Notes: generated by a model from the sequence alone, not told the origin. Counted from the stretch's first letter, positions 48,231 through 57,381 are shown. The stretch: DNA of 64,000 nt from Opitutales bacterium (GCA_051117635.1 JBNPEH010000005.1:110261-174260), one strand, 5' to 3'. Numbers and translations are program-made.

Positions 48231-48244
48231 CTACACGTGTTTGA
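48231..48244. promoter_or_regulatory. Candidate LacI-family operator in the lacI/uxaE divergent region
   Basis: The reverse complement reads TCAAACACGTGTAG. It shares 12 contiguous nt with the site at 47110-47124. It lies between the lacI-family ATG (48225) and the uxaE ATG (48288). Confidence 0.5.
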
Positions 48245-48287
48245 TTTTTCCCGATCAAGTCAAGCTGACATTCCCTTCCCCCTCGCC

Positions 48288-49550
48288 ATGTCTGAAGCAG
48301 CCATCCCCTCGCCCCGCCCGCTCGGCCTGAAAAAATCCTTTGGTTACGGTGACCGGCTCGGCCTGGCCGGGCGCGGCCACATAAGGGCCAACGCCAAAGG
48401 CGCGTTTGCCGGCATCTTCGCCCAACAGTCCATCCGCGAGCTGGACCGGACGAAACGCCGGGCGGAAGACGTCATGCAAGCGGCGCGCACGGCGCTGGAG
48501 GCGGCCGGTTACCGGCAGGCCTGGGGAGCGGACGCCGACCACCTGAAAACGCAGGCGGACGTGGAGCGGACGAGCCGGGCGGGTTTCACCTTTTTCACGA
48601 TCGATCCTTCGGAGGACGTGGACAACAGCGCGGACCGGTTGGCCGAGCCCGCCATTCGCGAGGCGGTGGCCAAGCTGGTCTCGGACGGCATCCTGGCCGA
48701 AGACTGGACCGAGGCCTACCTGGGCCGGTCCTTTGAAACGGAGGACGGACCGGAGCTTATTTTCGATGAAGAAAGCCTGTTGCGGGCCGCCGTGAAATAC
48801 GCCCGGGCCACGGCGCGCTGCGAAATCATGGCGGGACACATCGCAGCGGCCAATGCGGGCCGGGCGCACGAAATCGAAGTTTCCGTGGACGAAACCGATT
48901 CGCCCACCTCGCCGCTGGAGCACCTGTTTTTCGCGCTCGAGCTGAAGCGCCGGGGGGTGAAACCAGTCAGCCTGGCACCGCGCTTCATCGGGGATTTCGA
49001 AAAAGGCGTGGACTACAAGGGCGACCTTGCCGCCTTCGAGGCTGCGCTCAAGGAGCATGTCGCGATCGCCAAAGCCTGCGGGCCCTACAAGATCAGCGTG
49101 CACTCCGGCTCGGACAAGTTTTCGGTCTATCCGATCATCGGGCGGGTCTGCGGTGACCTCCTTCATGTGAAAACGGCGGGCACCAGCTATCTGGAGGCGC
49201 TGCGGGTCGTCTGCCGCCAGGCGCCCGAGGTCTTCGGCGAAATCATCCGTTACAGCCTGACGCGCTTTTCCACCGACCGGGCCAGCTACCACATCGCAGC
49301 CAGGGAAGCAGATTTCGCCGAGGCTCATCGTCTGGATCGTTCCGACTGGGAACGCTTTTACCTCGACGAAGACAACGGGCGACAACTGCTCCATGTTACC
49401 TTTGGATCAGTACTGACCCGCGGCACCCTGGAGGACGGCCGGACCATGAAGGCAGCTGTCACGGAAACCCTCGAAGCCCATCCCGACCTCCACGCCGACC
49501 TGCTGGAAAAACACCTCGGCCGGCACGTCACCGAACTGGAAGCCGGTTGA
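48288..49550 (+). CDS. uxaE: Tagaturonate/fructuronate epimerase
   Basis: ATG at 48288 inside track ORF 48237..49550: ...LKKSFGYGDRLGLAGRGHIRA...AWGADADHLKTQADV... This pattern is typical of the UxaE family. The genomic context is uxaC, kdgK and a LacI regulator. Confidence 0.75.
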   Translation: MSEAAIPSPRPLGLKKSFGYGDRLGLAGRGHIRANAKGAFAGIFAQQSIRELDRTKRRAEDVMQAARTALEAAGYRQAWGADADHLKTQADVERTSRAGFTFFTIDPSEDVDNSADRLAEPAIREAVAKLVSDGILAEDWTEAYLGRSFETEDGPELIFDEESLLRAAVKYARATARCEIMAGHIAAANAGRAHEIEVSVDETDSPTSPLEHLFFALELKRRGVKPVSLAPRFIGDFEKGVDYKGDLAAFEAALKEHVAIAKACGPYKISVHSGSDKFSVYPIIGRVCGDLLHVKTAGTSYLEALRVVCRQAPEVFGEIIRYSLTRFSTDRASYHIAAREADFAEAHRLDRSDWERFYLDEDNGRQLLHVTFGSVLTRGTLEDGRTMKAAVTETLEAHPDLHADLLEKHLGRHVTELEAG

Positions 49551-49586
49551 CGCCGCCTGTTCACCCGAACGCAAACCGCACTCACA

Positions 49587-50927
49587 ATGAGCAAGAAACG
49601 CTACGCCGTCGTCGGCACCGGAGGCCGGTGCCCCATGTTCATCGACCCCATCCTGGGCGCCCACAAGGCACACTGCACGCTGGTCGGCTTCTGCGACATC
49701 AGTCAGGTCCGGATGGACCAGCGCAACCGCTACATCGGCGAAAAATTCGGACACGAGCCGGTGCCGACCTACCAGGCCGAGGCTTTCGACCGGATGGTCG
49801 AGGAAACGAAGCCAGAGGTGATCATCGTCACCAGCAAGGACGACACGCACGATCTTTACATAGTGCGTGCCTGCGAACTGGGCTGCGACGCCATCACGGA
49901 AAAACCGATGACCATCGACGACAGGCGCTGTCGCCGGATCCTCGATACGGTGGAGCAGACGGGCCGCAACGTGCGGGTCACGTTCAATTACCGTTGGGGT
50001 GCCTTCAACACCAGGGTCAAAGAGGTCCTCGACAGCGGGGTCATCGGCACGGTGCGCAGCGTCAACCTCGAATACCTGTTGAACACCAGCCACGGGGCCG
50101 ACTACTACCGTCGATGGCACAGCTCGATGGCGGACTGCGGAGGCCTGCTGGTGCACAAGTCCACCCACCACTTCGACCTCGTCAACTGGTGGATCGACAG
50201 CATCCCGGAACAGGTCTTCGCCTACGGGGACCTCGTTTTCTACGGCCGGGACAACGCCGTGCGGCGGGGAGACAAGGCCTATACCGGATACCCGCGCTAC
50301 ACCGGGTATGTCACCAAGGAACAGGACCCCTATTCCATGGACCTGAGCGAGGGCACCATGAAGGCCCTCTACAAAGACGCCGAAGAGGAGACCGGCTATA
50401 TCCGCGACAGAAACGTCTTCCGCGAGGGTATCGATATTTATGATACGATGAGTGTGAATGTCCGCTACCGGAGCGGCGTGCTCCTGACCTATTCGCTCAA
50501 CAGCTTCTCCCCCCGCGAAGGCATGCGGGTGACCTTCAACGGCGACCGCGGGCGGGTCGAATACTACGAGTTCGGCGGCTCGCACATCATCACCGGCGAA
50601 AGCAGCGAGGACCTGGCCGAACAGCAGGCCGCCGACCCCGGCCAGGAACGGATCGTGGTTTTTCCCCATTTCAAGCAGAACTACGAGGTGCCGGTTCAGA
50701 AAGGCGAAGGCGGGCACGGCGGGGGTGATCCGCTCATCCAGGCTCAGATCTTCAGCCCGGAGGCACCTGAAGAAACCCTCGGTCGCAATGCCGGCCACGA
50801 ACAGGGCGCGGCCTCGATTCTCATCGGTGTGGCGGCCAACCAGAGCATCGTGCGGAACGCACCCGTCCGCATCCTTGACCTCGCTCATCTCAGGCCCGAG
50901 GCGATCCGTCTGTCCGAACTGACCTGA
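49587..50927 (+). CDS. Gfo/Idh/MocA-family oxidoreductase
   Basis: 446 aa: MSKKRYAVVGTGGRCPMFIDPIL...VIIVTSKDDTHDLYIVRACELGCDAITEKPM. Confidence 0.85.
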   Translation: MSKKRYAVVGTGGRCPMFIDPILGAHKAHCTLVGFCDISQVRMDQRNRYIGEKFGHEPVPTYQAEAFDRMVEETKPEVIIVTSKDDTHDLYIVRACELGCDAITEKPMTIDDRRCRRILDTVEQTGRNVRVTFNYRWGAFNTRVKEVLDSGVIGTVRSVNLEYLLNTSHGADYYRRWHSSMADCGGLLVHKSTHHFDLVNWWIDSIPEQVFAYGDLVFYGRDNAVRRGDKAYTGYPRYTGYVTKEQDPYSMDLSEGTMKALYKDAEEETGYIRDRNVFREGIDIYDTMSVNVRYRSGVLLTYSLNSFSPREGMRVTFNGDRGRVEYYEFGGSHIITGESSEDLAEQQAADPGQERIVVFPHFKQNYEVPVQKGEGGHGGGDPLIQAQIFSPEAPEETLGRNAGHEQGAASILIGVAANQSIVRNAPVRILDLAHLRPEAIRLSELT

Positions 50928-50978
50928 CCGGGCTGCCGGGTCTTGCCTTCATGCCGGTGTTGGGTGAGAACCCCCAGC

Positions 50979-52670
50979 ATGCGCGAAGACGTTCAGCTGT
51001 TTGCGAGCTATTGTATCCGCGAAGGCCTGTTGACTCCTGAGACCTGCCGGCAATTGAAGGAGGGTGCCGGGCGGGACCTCGATCTGCTTGGTTTCGGTGA
51101 AATGCTGCTGGACCTCGAAATCACCGAGGATGTGGACGCCATCCAGCGGCTGCTCGACGATACGGTGGACAACTTCGCGGCCGGGGAACGGGCCGACCTC
51201 AACCCCTTCGCATCGCCGGAGCCTTCCGCTCCAGCCAGGCCCACCCTCCGGTTTCGGTCCGAGCGTCCTGAAGACTCCCGGACAACCGAAGGCGACGACC
51301 GGTTGCCACCGGATCCCGAGACGGCTCCGCAACCTGAGCCGGCGGACAAACCGGCAGAGGTTCATGCTGCGAAACCGACGACACCCCCTCCGGCCGCGAG
51401 CCAGGAGCCGGCGACCGCCCCCGCGCCGAGGAGCCCCCAGCCTACCGAAACGACCAGGCCCCCGCCGACGGCGACCATCGCCTCGACGGCGGAACCCGCT
51501 GCGGCCGATTTCCGTGCCTGGCCCGGCTACGACGATGAGCAGTTGAAGGCGGCGGTCATCGGGCTGTTGCGCCAGGCTACGCTCGACGGGGTGAGCGATC
51601 TTCACCTGTCTGCCGGCAGCCGTCCGTTTTTTCGATCCAACCGGGCGGTGAGTTACGCCGAATGCGATCCCCTCGACCGGGAAACCGCCCGTCGGGCCAA
51701 CTACGCCCTGCTGAGCGAGGCGGAGCGCAAATGGGTCGATACGCGTCAGGACTATGACTTCGCCCTGGCCTTCGACAGCGGGGAGCGGTACCGCGCCAAT
51801 ATCCTGGTCCACCGCGACGGCATCGCGGGCACGTACCGGACCGTGGCACCGGATATCCCCGAACTGCGGGACCTCGGTTTCAGCGAGAAACAGGAGACGG
51901 TGCTCCACCAGTTGCTGGCTTACCACAACGGCCTGATTCTGGTGACCGGTCCAATCGGCTCGGGCAAGACCACCACCCTCGCCTCACTGGTCCAGCACAT
52001 GAACCGGACCCGGCAGGACCACATCATCACGGTCGAGGAGCCGATCGAAATCGTTCAGCAGAGCAACCGGTGCAATGTCACCCAGCGCGGCGTCGGCCAT
52101 CACACCCGGACCTTTCACAGCGCCCTCAAAGGCGCGCTGCGCCAGGATCCCGACATCATCGTGATCGGGGAAATGCGCGACCTCGAAACGATCGAGATGG
52201 CCATCAGCGCCTCGGAGACCGGTCACCTGGTCATCGGGACGATGCACACCGCCGATGCCGCCAGCACCCTGAACCGGATCCTCGATGTCTTTCCTCCCGC
52301 CCAGCAGACGCAGATCCGGGCCATGGTGGCGGAGAGTCTGCGCGGGATCGTCTGCCAGCGCCTGCTGCCGAATTTGGACGGCGGCCTGAGTCTGGCGGTG
52401 GAAATCCTTCTCCGGAACACCGCCGTCTCGAGCCTCATCCGCGAAGGCAAGAGCGACGGCCTCAGCAATATCATGGAAACCGGCACCAGACAGGGCATGA
52501 TCGGCATGGACGCCTCCGTCATGCAGCTCTTTCGCGACAAGCGGATCGACGCCGAGACCGCGCTCGCGACCGTCCGCAACCGCGTGCTGCACCGCGAAAT
52601 CCGCGGCGAACCCGAGGCCGGAGCCGACCCCGCCCCCGAACCGAAAAAGAAAAAAGGCCTTTTTGGCTGA
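50979..52670 (+). CDS. PilT/PilU-family hexameric ATPase with an N-terminal extension of about 185 aa (helical MshEN/T2SSE_N-like module plus Pro/Thr/Ala-rich linker)
   Basis: ATG at 50979 inside track ORF 50943..52670. The PilT core has Walker A (VTGPIGSGKTT), Walker B (DPDIIVIGEMRD), GHLVIGTMHT and AVSSLIREGK. N-terminus is MREDVQLFASYCIREGLLTPETCRQLKEGAGRDLDLLGFGEMLLDLEITEDVDAI. The linker spans about 51204-51513. Confidence 0.85.
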   Translation: MREDVQLFASYCIREGLLTPETCRQLKEGAGRDLDLLGFGEMLLDLEITEDVDAIQRLLDDTVDNFAAGERADLNPFASPEPSAPARPTLRFRSERPEDSRTTEGDDRLPPDPETAPQPEPADKPAEVHAAKPTTPPPAASQEPATAPAPRSPQPTETTRPPPTATIASTAEPAAADFRAWPGYDDEQLKAAVIGLLRQATLDGVSDLHLSAGSRPFFRSNRAVSYAECDPLDRETARRANYALLSEAERKWVDTRQDYDFALAFDSGERYRANILVHRDGIAGTYRTVAPDIPELRDLGFSEKQETVLHQLLAYHNGLILVTGPIGSGKTTTLASLVQHMNRTRQDHIITVEEPIEIVQQSNRCNVTQRGVGHHTRTFHSALKGALRQDPDIIVIGEMRDLETIEMAISASETGHLVIGTMHTADAASTLNRILDVFPPAQQTQIRAMVAESLRGIVCQRLLPNLDGGLSLAVEILLRNTAVSSLIREGKSDGLSNIMETGTRQGMIGMDASVMQLFRDKRIDAETALATVRNRVLHREIRGEPEAGADPAPEPKKKKGLFG

Positions 52671-52683
52671 GCCCGCCACGCCC

Positions 52684-53757
52684 ATGGCCCGAATCGACCA
52701 TTTTCTCCGCCAGATGCTCGACCAGGACGGGTCGGACTTGCACCTCAACGTCGGTTCCAAACCGAAGGCCCGGATCGACGGTGCCATCCGGGAACTGGAC
52801 GGCGAGGTCCTGACCGAGACTTCGATGAAGGCGCTGCTCAGCGAAATCACCCGCAAGGAACGCTGGGAGCACTACCTGAGGACCTGGGATCTCGACATGG
52901 CCTACGAAATTGAGGGCCTGGCCCGGTTCCGGGGGAGTTTCCTCTACAACCACTGGGGGCCGGCCGCCATTTTCCGACAGATTCCGGCCGAGATTCTGTC
53001 CTTCGAGCAGATCAACCTGCCCGAGGTGTTGAAGAGCGTTTGCGCCTACAAGGAGGGGCTGGTGTTCGTGACCGGACCGACGGGCAGCGGCAAGTCGACC
53101 ACGCTGGCCGCCATGATCGACTACATCAACCGGAACTACCGGAGGCACATCATCACGATCGAGGATCCGGTCGAATTCGTGCACCAGAACAAGCAGTCGG
53201 TCCTCGTCCACCGCGAAGTCGGGGAGCACAGCCATTCCTTCGCCAACGCGCTGCGCGGTGCCATGCGGGCCGACCCGGACATCATTCTGGTCGGGGAGAT
53301 GCGCGAGCTCGAGACCATCAAGCTCGCCCTCAACTGCGCCAGCATGGGCATGCTCGTCTTCGGCACGCTGCACACCAACAATGCGCCCAAGACCATCGAC
53401 CGGATCATCGATGCCTTTCCCGCTGAAGAGCAGGCGCAGATCCGTGTCATGCTCGCCGGCTGCCTGAGCTGTGTCGTCTCCCAGCTCCTCGCCAAGCGTC
53501 AGCCCAAGGGGCGGGTCGGCGTCCATGAAATCCTGCTCAAGCACGACGCGCTGCCCAACACCATCCGGTCCGGGCGTATCGCCGATGTGCGCGGCATCAT
53601 CGAGAGTTCGCAAAACCAGGGCATGAAGCTGATGGACCAGTCGATCCGCGACCTGTTGAAGGCCGGCACCATCACCGCCCGGGAAGCCTACATGAAGGCG
53701 ACCGACAAGGAGCGCTTTCTGCCCGCCCTCAAGGCCGAAGAAGCCGCCGAAAGCTGA
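52684..53757 (+). CDS. pilT: Type IV pilus twitching-motility (retraction) ATPase PilT
   Basis: ATG at 52684 inside track ORF 52663..53757: MARIDHFLRQMLDQDGSDLHLNVGSKPKARIDGAI...[21 protein letters not shown]...DPDIILVGEMRELETI...FGTLHTNNAPKTIDRI. Confidence 0.9.
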   Translation: MARIDHFLRQMLDQDGSDLHLNVGSKPKARIDGAIRELDGEVLTETSMKALLSEITRKERWEHYLRTWDLDMAYEIEGLARFRGSFLYNHWGPAAIFRQIPAEILSFEQINLPEVLKSVCAYKEGLVFVTGPTGSGKSTTLAAMIDYINRNYRRHIITIEDPVEFVHQNKQSVLVHREVGEHSHSFANALRGAMRADPDIILVGEMRELETIKLALNCASMGMLVFGTLHTNNAPKTIDRIIDAFPAEEQAQIRVMLAGCLSCVVSQLLAKRQPKGRVGVHEILLKHDALPNTIRSGRIADVRGIIESSQNQGMKLMDQSIRDLLKAGTITAREAYMKATDKERFLPALKAEEAAES

Positions 53758-53845
53758 CCGGGGGGCTTCGGCCGTTCGCGGGTTCAAACCCGTTCAAAGA
53801 CTTCGGGCTGGCCAACCGGCGCGGAAGCTCGCTGAACTGAGATCC

Positions 53846-54799
53846 ATGCGTACCCGTCCCCTTGGCCACACCGGTCTGACCGTTTCGGAGATCGCCCTCG
53901 GCGCGGCCCGCGGAGCCGTCACCGATCCCGACCGTTTCCAGGCTTCCGCGCGCACGGCCTTTGAATCGGGTATCACCCTGGTGGATACAGCGGCCGGCTA
54001 CGAGGACGGGGCCTGCGAAACCGAGCTGGGCCGGGTGTTGCCGGATTTTCCCGACGTGCATGTTTGCACCAAGTACCGTCCGTACGCGGACTGGTATCCG
54101 GATTCTCCCTACAACGGCTCTCCTGAAGCCCTGGTTTCGTCGGCGGAAGCCAGCCTGCGTCGCCTGGGGCGTGAGCGCCTTGACATCCTGCTCGCGCATG
54201 GCATGCGCACCCTGGAAAGCTTTCGCCGGTTCATGGAAGACGGCTGCTATGAAGCCCTCGTACGGCTGCGGGATCAGGGAAAGGTACGCGCCATCGGGAT
54301 CAGCGAGTTGTCGGAGGGGGACGGTCGCCACGCGGTGCTGCAGGAGGCAGTCCCCGGTGGGCGGTTGGATGTGGTCATGCTGACCCTGAATCTGTTGCTC
54401 CAGACGGCTGCTGACTCGGTGTTGCCGCTGACCGCCGCAAGTGGCACGGGCACCCTGATCATGATGCCTCTCGACCAGGCCGGCAAGGGCCGCGGGCTGG
54501 TCAGCGAGGCGGGCGCGCTCAACTCGGTCCGCCGGTTGATCGGGCGAGGGCAGCTGCCGGACGAAGCTCCCTGGAATGACCCGGAACTGTTTTCATTTTC
54601 GCGGCAGCGTCCCATGCAGGAAACGGCTCTCCGGTTCATCCTGCAGCATGCGGTGAGCAGCGTGTGCGTGGGGATGAGCCGCCCGGAACGGGTCGTTGAG
54701 AATCTGCGCGCCTCGGCCGATGGACCGCCCTACCTTCCCCCGGAGGAGTTTGCACGGTGGAAATCGCTGTTCGGTCGTATTTCAGCCCAAGCCCTATGA
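53846..54799 (+). CDS. Aldo/keto reductase
   Basis: 317 aa: MRTRPLGHTGLTVSEIALGAA...GITLVDTAAGYEDGACETELG. Confidence 0.85.
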   Translation: MRTRPLGHTGLTVSEIALGAARGAVTDPDRFQASARTAFESGITLVDTAAGYEDGACETELGRVLPDFPDVHVCTKYRPYADWYPDSPYNGSPEALVSSAEASLRRLGRERLDILLAHGMRTLESFRRFMEDGCYEALVRLRDQGKVRAIGISELSEGDGRHAVLQEAVPGGRLDVVMLTLNLLLQTAADSVLPLTAASGTGTLIMMPLDQAGKGRGLVSEAGALNSVRRLIGRGQLPDEAPWNDPELFSFSRQRPMQETALRFILQHAVSSVCVGMSRPERVVENLRASADGPPYLPPEEFARWKSLFGRISAQAL

Positions 54800-55782
54800 A
54801 CAAAACAATGAAACAACTGGTGGTCACCGGCCCCGGGGAAGCGGAACTCCGCGAGGTTCCGATCCCCGAGCCCGGACCGCGCGAGGTCCTGATGAAGGTC
54901 ACAGCCGTAACGACCTGTCCGCAATGGGACCTGCATCTCGCCCACAACGAACCCATGTTTGTCGGGCACAGCTTTCATTATCCCTATACACCGGGGCAGC
55001 CCGGCCACGAGGCCACCGGGCGCGTCGAGGCCGTGGGCAACGAGGTAACGGAATATTTTCCGGGCGACCGGGTTTGCGCCTGGCAGGACCCCGGCCATCA
55101 GGGCCCCGGTTGCTACGCCCAGTATGTCCTCCACAAGGCCAAGCGTCTGATCAAAATCCCGGAGGACCAATCGGATGCCGCCTGGGCTCCCCTGGAACTG
55201 GCCATGTGCGTGGGAACGGTTTTCCGCATGCTGCGGGACATGGATGTCTTGCGTGATCGCTCCGTCGCCGTGAGCGGACTCGGACCGGCCGGTCTGATCG
55301 CGCTGCAAATGGCTCTGGCGGAGGGAGCCCGGTCGGTTGTCGGTTTCGATCTCAAGGCGGACCGGTTCGCCCTGGCGAAGTCCCTGGGAGCCGCCGGCTG
55401 CTACGATCCCCGGGGCGTATCCGGGGAAGATTTTCCTGCCAGACCGGATCAACCGGGTATTGAAACGGCCATCGACTGCGTGGGAGCAAAAGCGTCGGTG
55501 GAATTTCTGATGGATCGCTCAAGCGACGTGGTCGCCCTGTTTGGCGTACAGCGCGAAACATACGCGTTTGAGCCCCGTCATTTCAGCCTGCGCCTGTGTG
55601 GCTATGGCGGGCATTCCCGGGAATCAGCCGACTATGCGGCGGCATTGGTTCAATCCGGAAAGCTGAAATTGGAGCCCCTCGTCACACACCAGTTGCCCTT
55701 GGAGCGCTACGTCGAAGCGGTCCACCTGCTGGACCGGCAGCAGGCCATCAAGGTCTGTTTCCTGCCCTGGGCCTCGGCATAA
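54796..55782 (+). CDS. Zinc-binding medium-chain alcohol dehydrogenase family protein
   Basis: ATG at 54796 inside track ORF 54757..55782: MNKTMKQLVVTGPGEAELREVPIPEPGPREVLMKVTAVTTCPQWDLH...GHEATGRVEAVG...VSGLGPAGL. Confidence 0.85.
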   Translation: MNKTMKQLVVTGPGEAELREVPIPEPGPREVLMKVTAVTTCPQWDLHLAHNEPMFVGHSFHYPYTPGQPGHEATGRVEAVGNEVTEYFPGDRVCAWQDPGHQGPGCYAQYVLHKAKRLIKIPEDQSDAAWAPLELAMCVGTVFRMLRDMDVLRDRSVAVSGLGPAGLIALQMALAEGARSVVGFDLKADRFALAKSLGAAGCYDPRGVSGEDFPARPDQPGIETAIDCVGAKASVEFLMDRSSDVVALFGVQRETYAFEPRHFSLRLCGYGGHSRESADYAAALVQSGKLKLEPLVTHQLPLERYVEAVHLLDRQQAIKVCFLPWASA

Positions 55783-55931
55783 GCCTTCTCTGGCAACAGG
55801 CAGGGTTCTTGCCTGGCGGGCCTGGCTGCACCCGCCGGGAGGTGAAGTACAACCGTTTTAATTTTAAACAGCTTTTGCCAGGCCGGCCCTTGTGCTTATC
55901 ATTCGGGTACACCAGTCAACATTCGCCCGCT

Positions 55932-56642
55932 TTACCCTTTCATCCGGACGACCCGCCCCCCTCCCAGCAAGCAGGTTGTGTCCCCGGTCCGGGGTTGGAT
56001 CACGGCCGTACCGGTAAAGCTGCCATAGGCCGGCAACACCCACTGATGCAGGTTTCGCTGATACCAGAAAACCGGTACCCGCAGCCCGCCCGACCTCGAA
56101 GCTGCGCCGCGTTCGCGCAGTCTGATCGCCGGGTGCAGGTGGCCGCTCAAGGTCAGCCGGGCGACCGATGCTTCCGCCAGGGGAGCGTGAACCAATCGGA
56201 ATGGGCCCAAATCCATACCGGCGGGCAGGATACCCAGATTCCAGGAAGCCGGCAGTTCCGCGAGACAGCGGTCATGATTGCCGGGCACCAGACACCAGTC
56301 GAGCCCGGGCCAGTCGCACCGCCACACATCGATCGCGGCGCGCACCGGATCCGCCAGACTGGCCTGACCATGAAACAGATCGCCCAGAACGATCAGCCGC
56401 CGGGCATGAGTGGCCCGAAGATCTCGGCTCAGGTTCCCCAGATCCTGAACCGTTTCCCCATCGGGCAGGGCGAGTCCGCCCGAGCGCAGGTGCGCCGCTT
56501 TGCCCAGGTGGCAGTCGGCGACAAAGAGAGCCTGCTCTCCCGGTGAAAATGCCGCGCCGGTGGGCAACAGGACCAGCCGGTTGGGCCCATCCCCGACCGG
56601 CAGGCTGCCGGCCGGGCTTTCCGTCTCGAATGGTCCGGTCAT
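55932..56642 (-). CDS. pdeM: Ligase-associated DNA-damage-response metallophosphoesterase PdeM
   Basis: 236 aa: ...ALFVADCHLGKAAHLRSGGLALPDG...RLIVLGDLFHG...CLVPGNHDR...LSGHLHPA...LPAYGSFTG. Confidence 0.8.
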   Translation of the reverse strand: MTGPFETESPAGSLPVGDGPNRLVLLPTGAAFSPGEQALFVADCHLGKAAHLRSGGLALPDGETVQDLGNLSRDLRATHARRLIVLGDLFHGQASLADPVRAAIDVWRCDWPGLDWCLVPGNHDRCLAELPASWNLGILPAGMDLGPFRLVHAPLAEASVARLTLSGHLHPAIRLRERGAASRSGGLRVPVFWYQRNLHQWVLPAYGSFTGTAVIQPRTGDTTCLLGGGRVVRMKG

Positions 56643-56744
56643 GCCGCCAGTGTTGGCAGCCCGAACGGCGGCGCAACCCGCGACAACACCGCCGCCCGGT
56701 CGGCTTGACCGAAATGCGGCGACCGGCCAACGTGTCCGCTTCGC

Positions 56745-57308
56745 ATGTTGCTGGTAATCGACAACTTCGACTCCTTCACATTCAACCTCGTCCAGTATTT
56801 CGGACAGCTCGGGGTTGAGCAGAAGGTGGTGCGCAACAACGCCATCACCCTAGAGGAAGCCCTCGCCCTTGACCCGGAGCGTGTGCTCATTTCGCCGGGC
56901 CCCTGTGATCCCGACCAAGCCGGGATGAGTCTGGCCCTCGTCGGGGCGTTTGCCGGCAAAAAACCCCTCTTTGGTGTGTGTCTGGGTCACCAGTGCGTGG
57001 GCCAGTATTTTGGCGGCAAGGTGGTTCGGGCGGACCGCCTGATGCACGGAAAGACCTCTCCGATCCACCATGGCGGCACGGACCTGTTTGCCGGCATGCC
57101 GGCAGCCTTTCCCGCCACTCGCTACCATTCGCTGCTGGTGGAACGGGCAAGCTTTCCGGATTGCCTCGAAATCACCGCCGAGACGAACGAGGGGGAGATC
57201 ATGGGGTTGCGTCATAAGTCCTTGCCTGTCTGGGGGGTTCAGTTCCATCCTGAAAGCCTGGCGACAATGGACGGGATCCGCCTGCTGGAGAATTTTCTGT
57301 CCCTCTGA
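56745..57308 (+). CDS. trpG: Glutamine amidotransferase component of anthranilate or aminodeoxychorismate synthase (TrpG/PabA)
   Basis: 187 aa: [23 protein letters not shown]...[14 protein letters not shown]...GVQFHPES. TrpG and PabA cannot be told apart from the sequence alone. Confidence 0.9.
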   Translation: MLLVIDNFDSFTFNLVQYFGQLGVEQKVVRNNAITLEEALALDPERVLISPGPCDPDQAGMSLALVGAFAGKKPLFGVCLGHQCVGQYFGGKVVRADRLMHGKTSPIHHGGTDLFAGMPAAFPATRYHSLLVERASFPDCLEITAETNEGEIMGLRHKSLPVWGVQFHPESLATMDGIRLLENFLSL

Positions 57309-57381
57309 TGAACCGGGTCTGCCCCGGCCGGTCTATAAGTCACGGGAACCATCCCGGTGGGTTCACCGCCCGCCCCACCCC

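Noticed and set aside
50943-50978. TTG start at 50943 for the long PilT paralog and the alternative start at 52663 for pilT.
   Set aside because: ATG codons at 50979 and 52684 begin the sequences that look conserved or structured. The upstream codons (MPSCRCWVRTPS, MAEPATP) add nothing recognisable. The choice stays uncertain by a few codons and does not affect interpretation.
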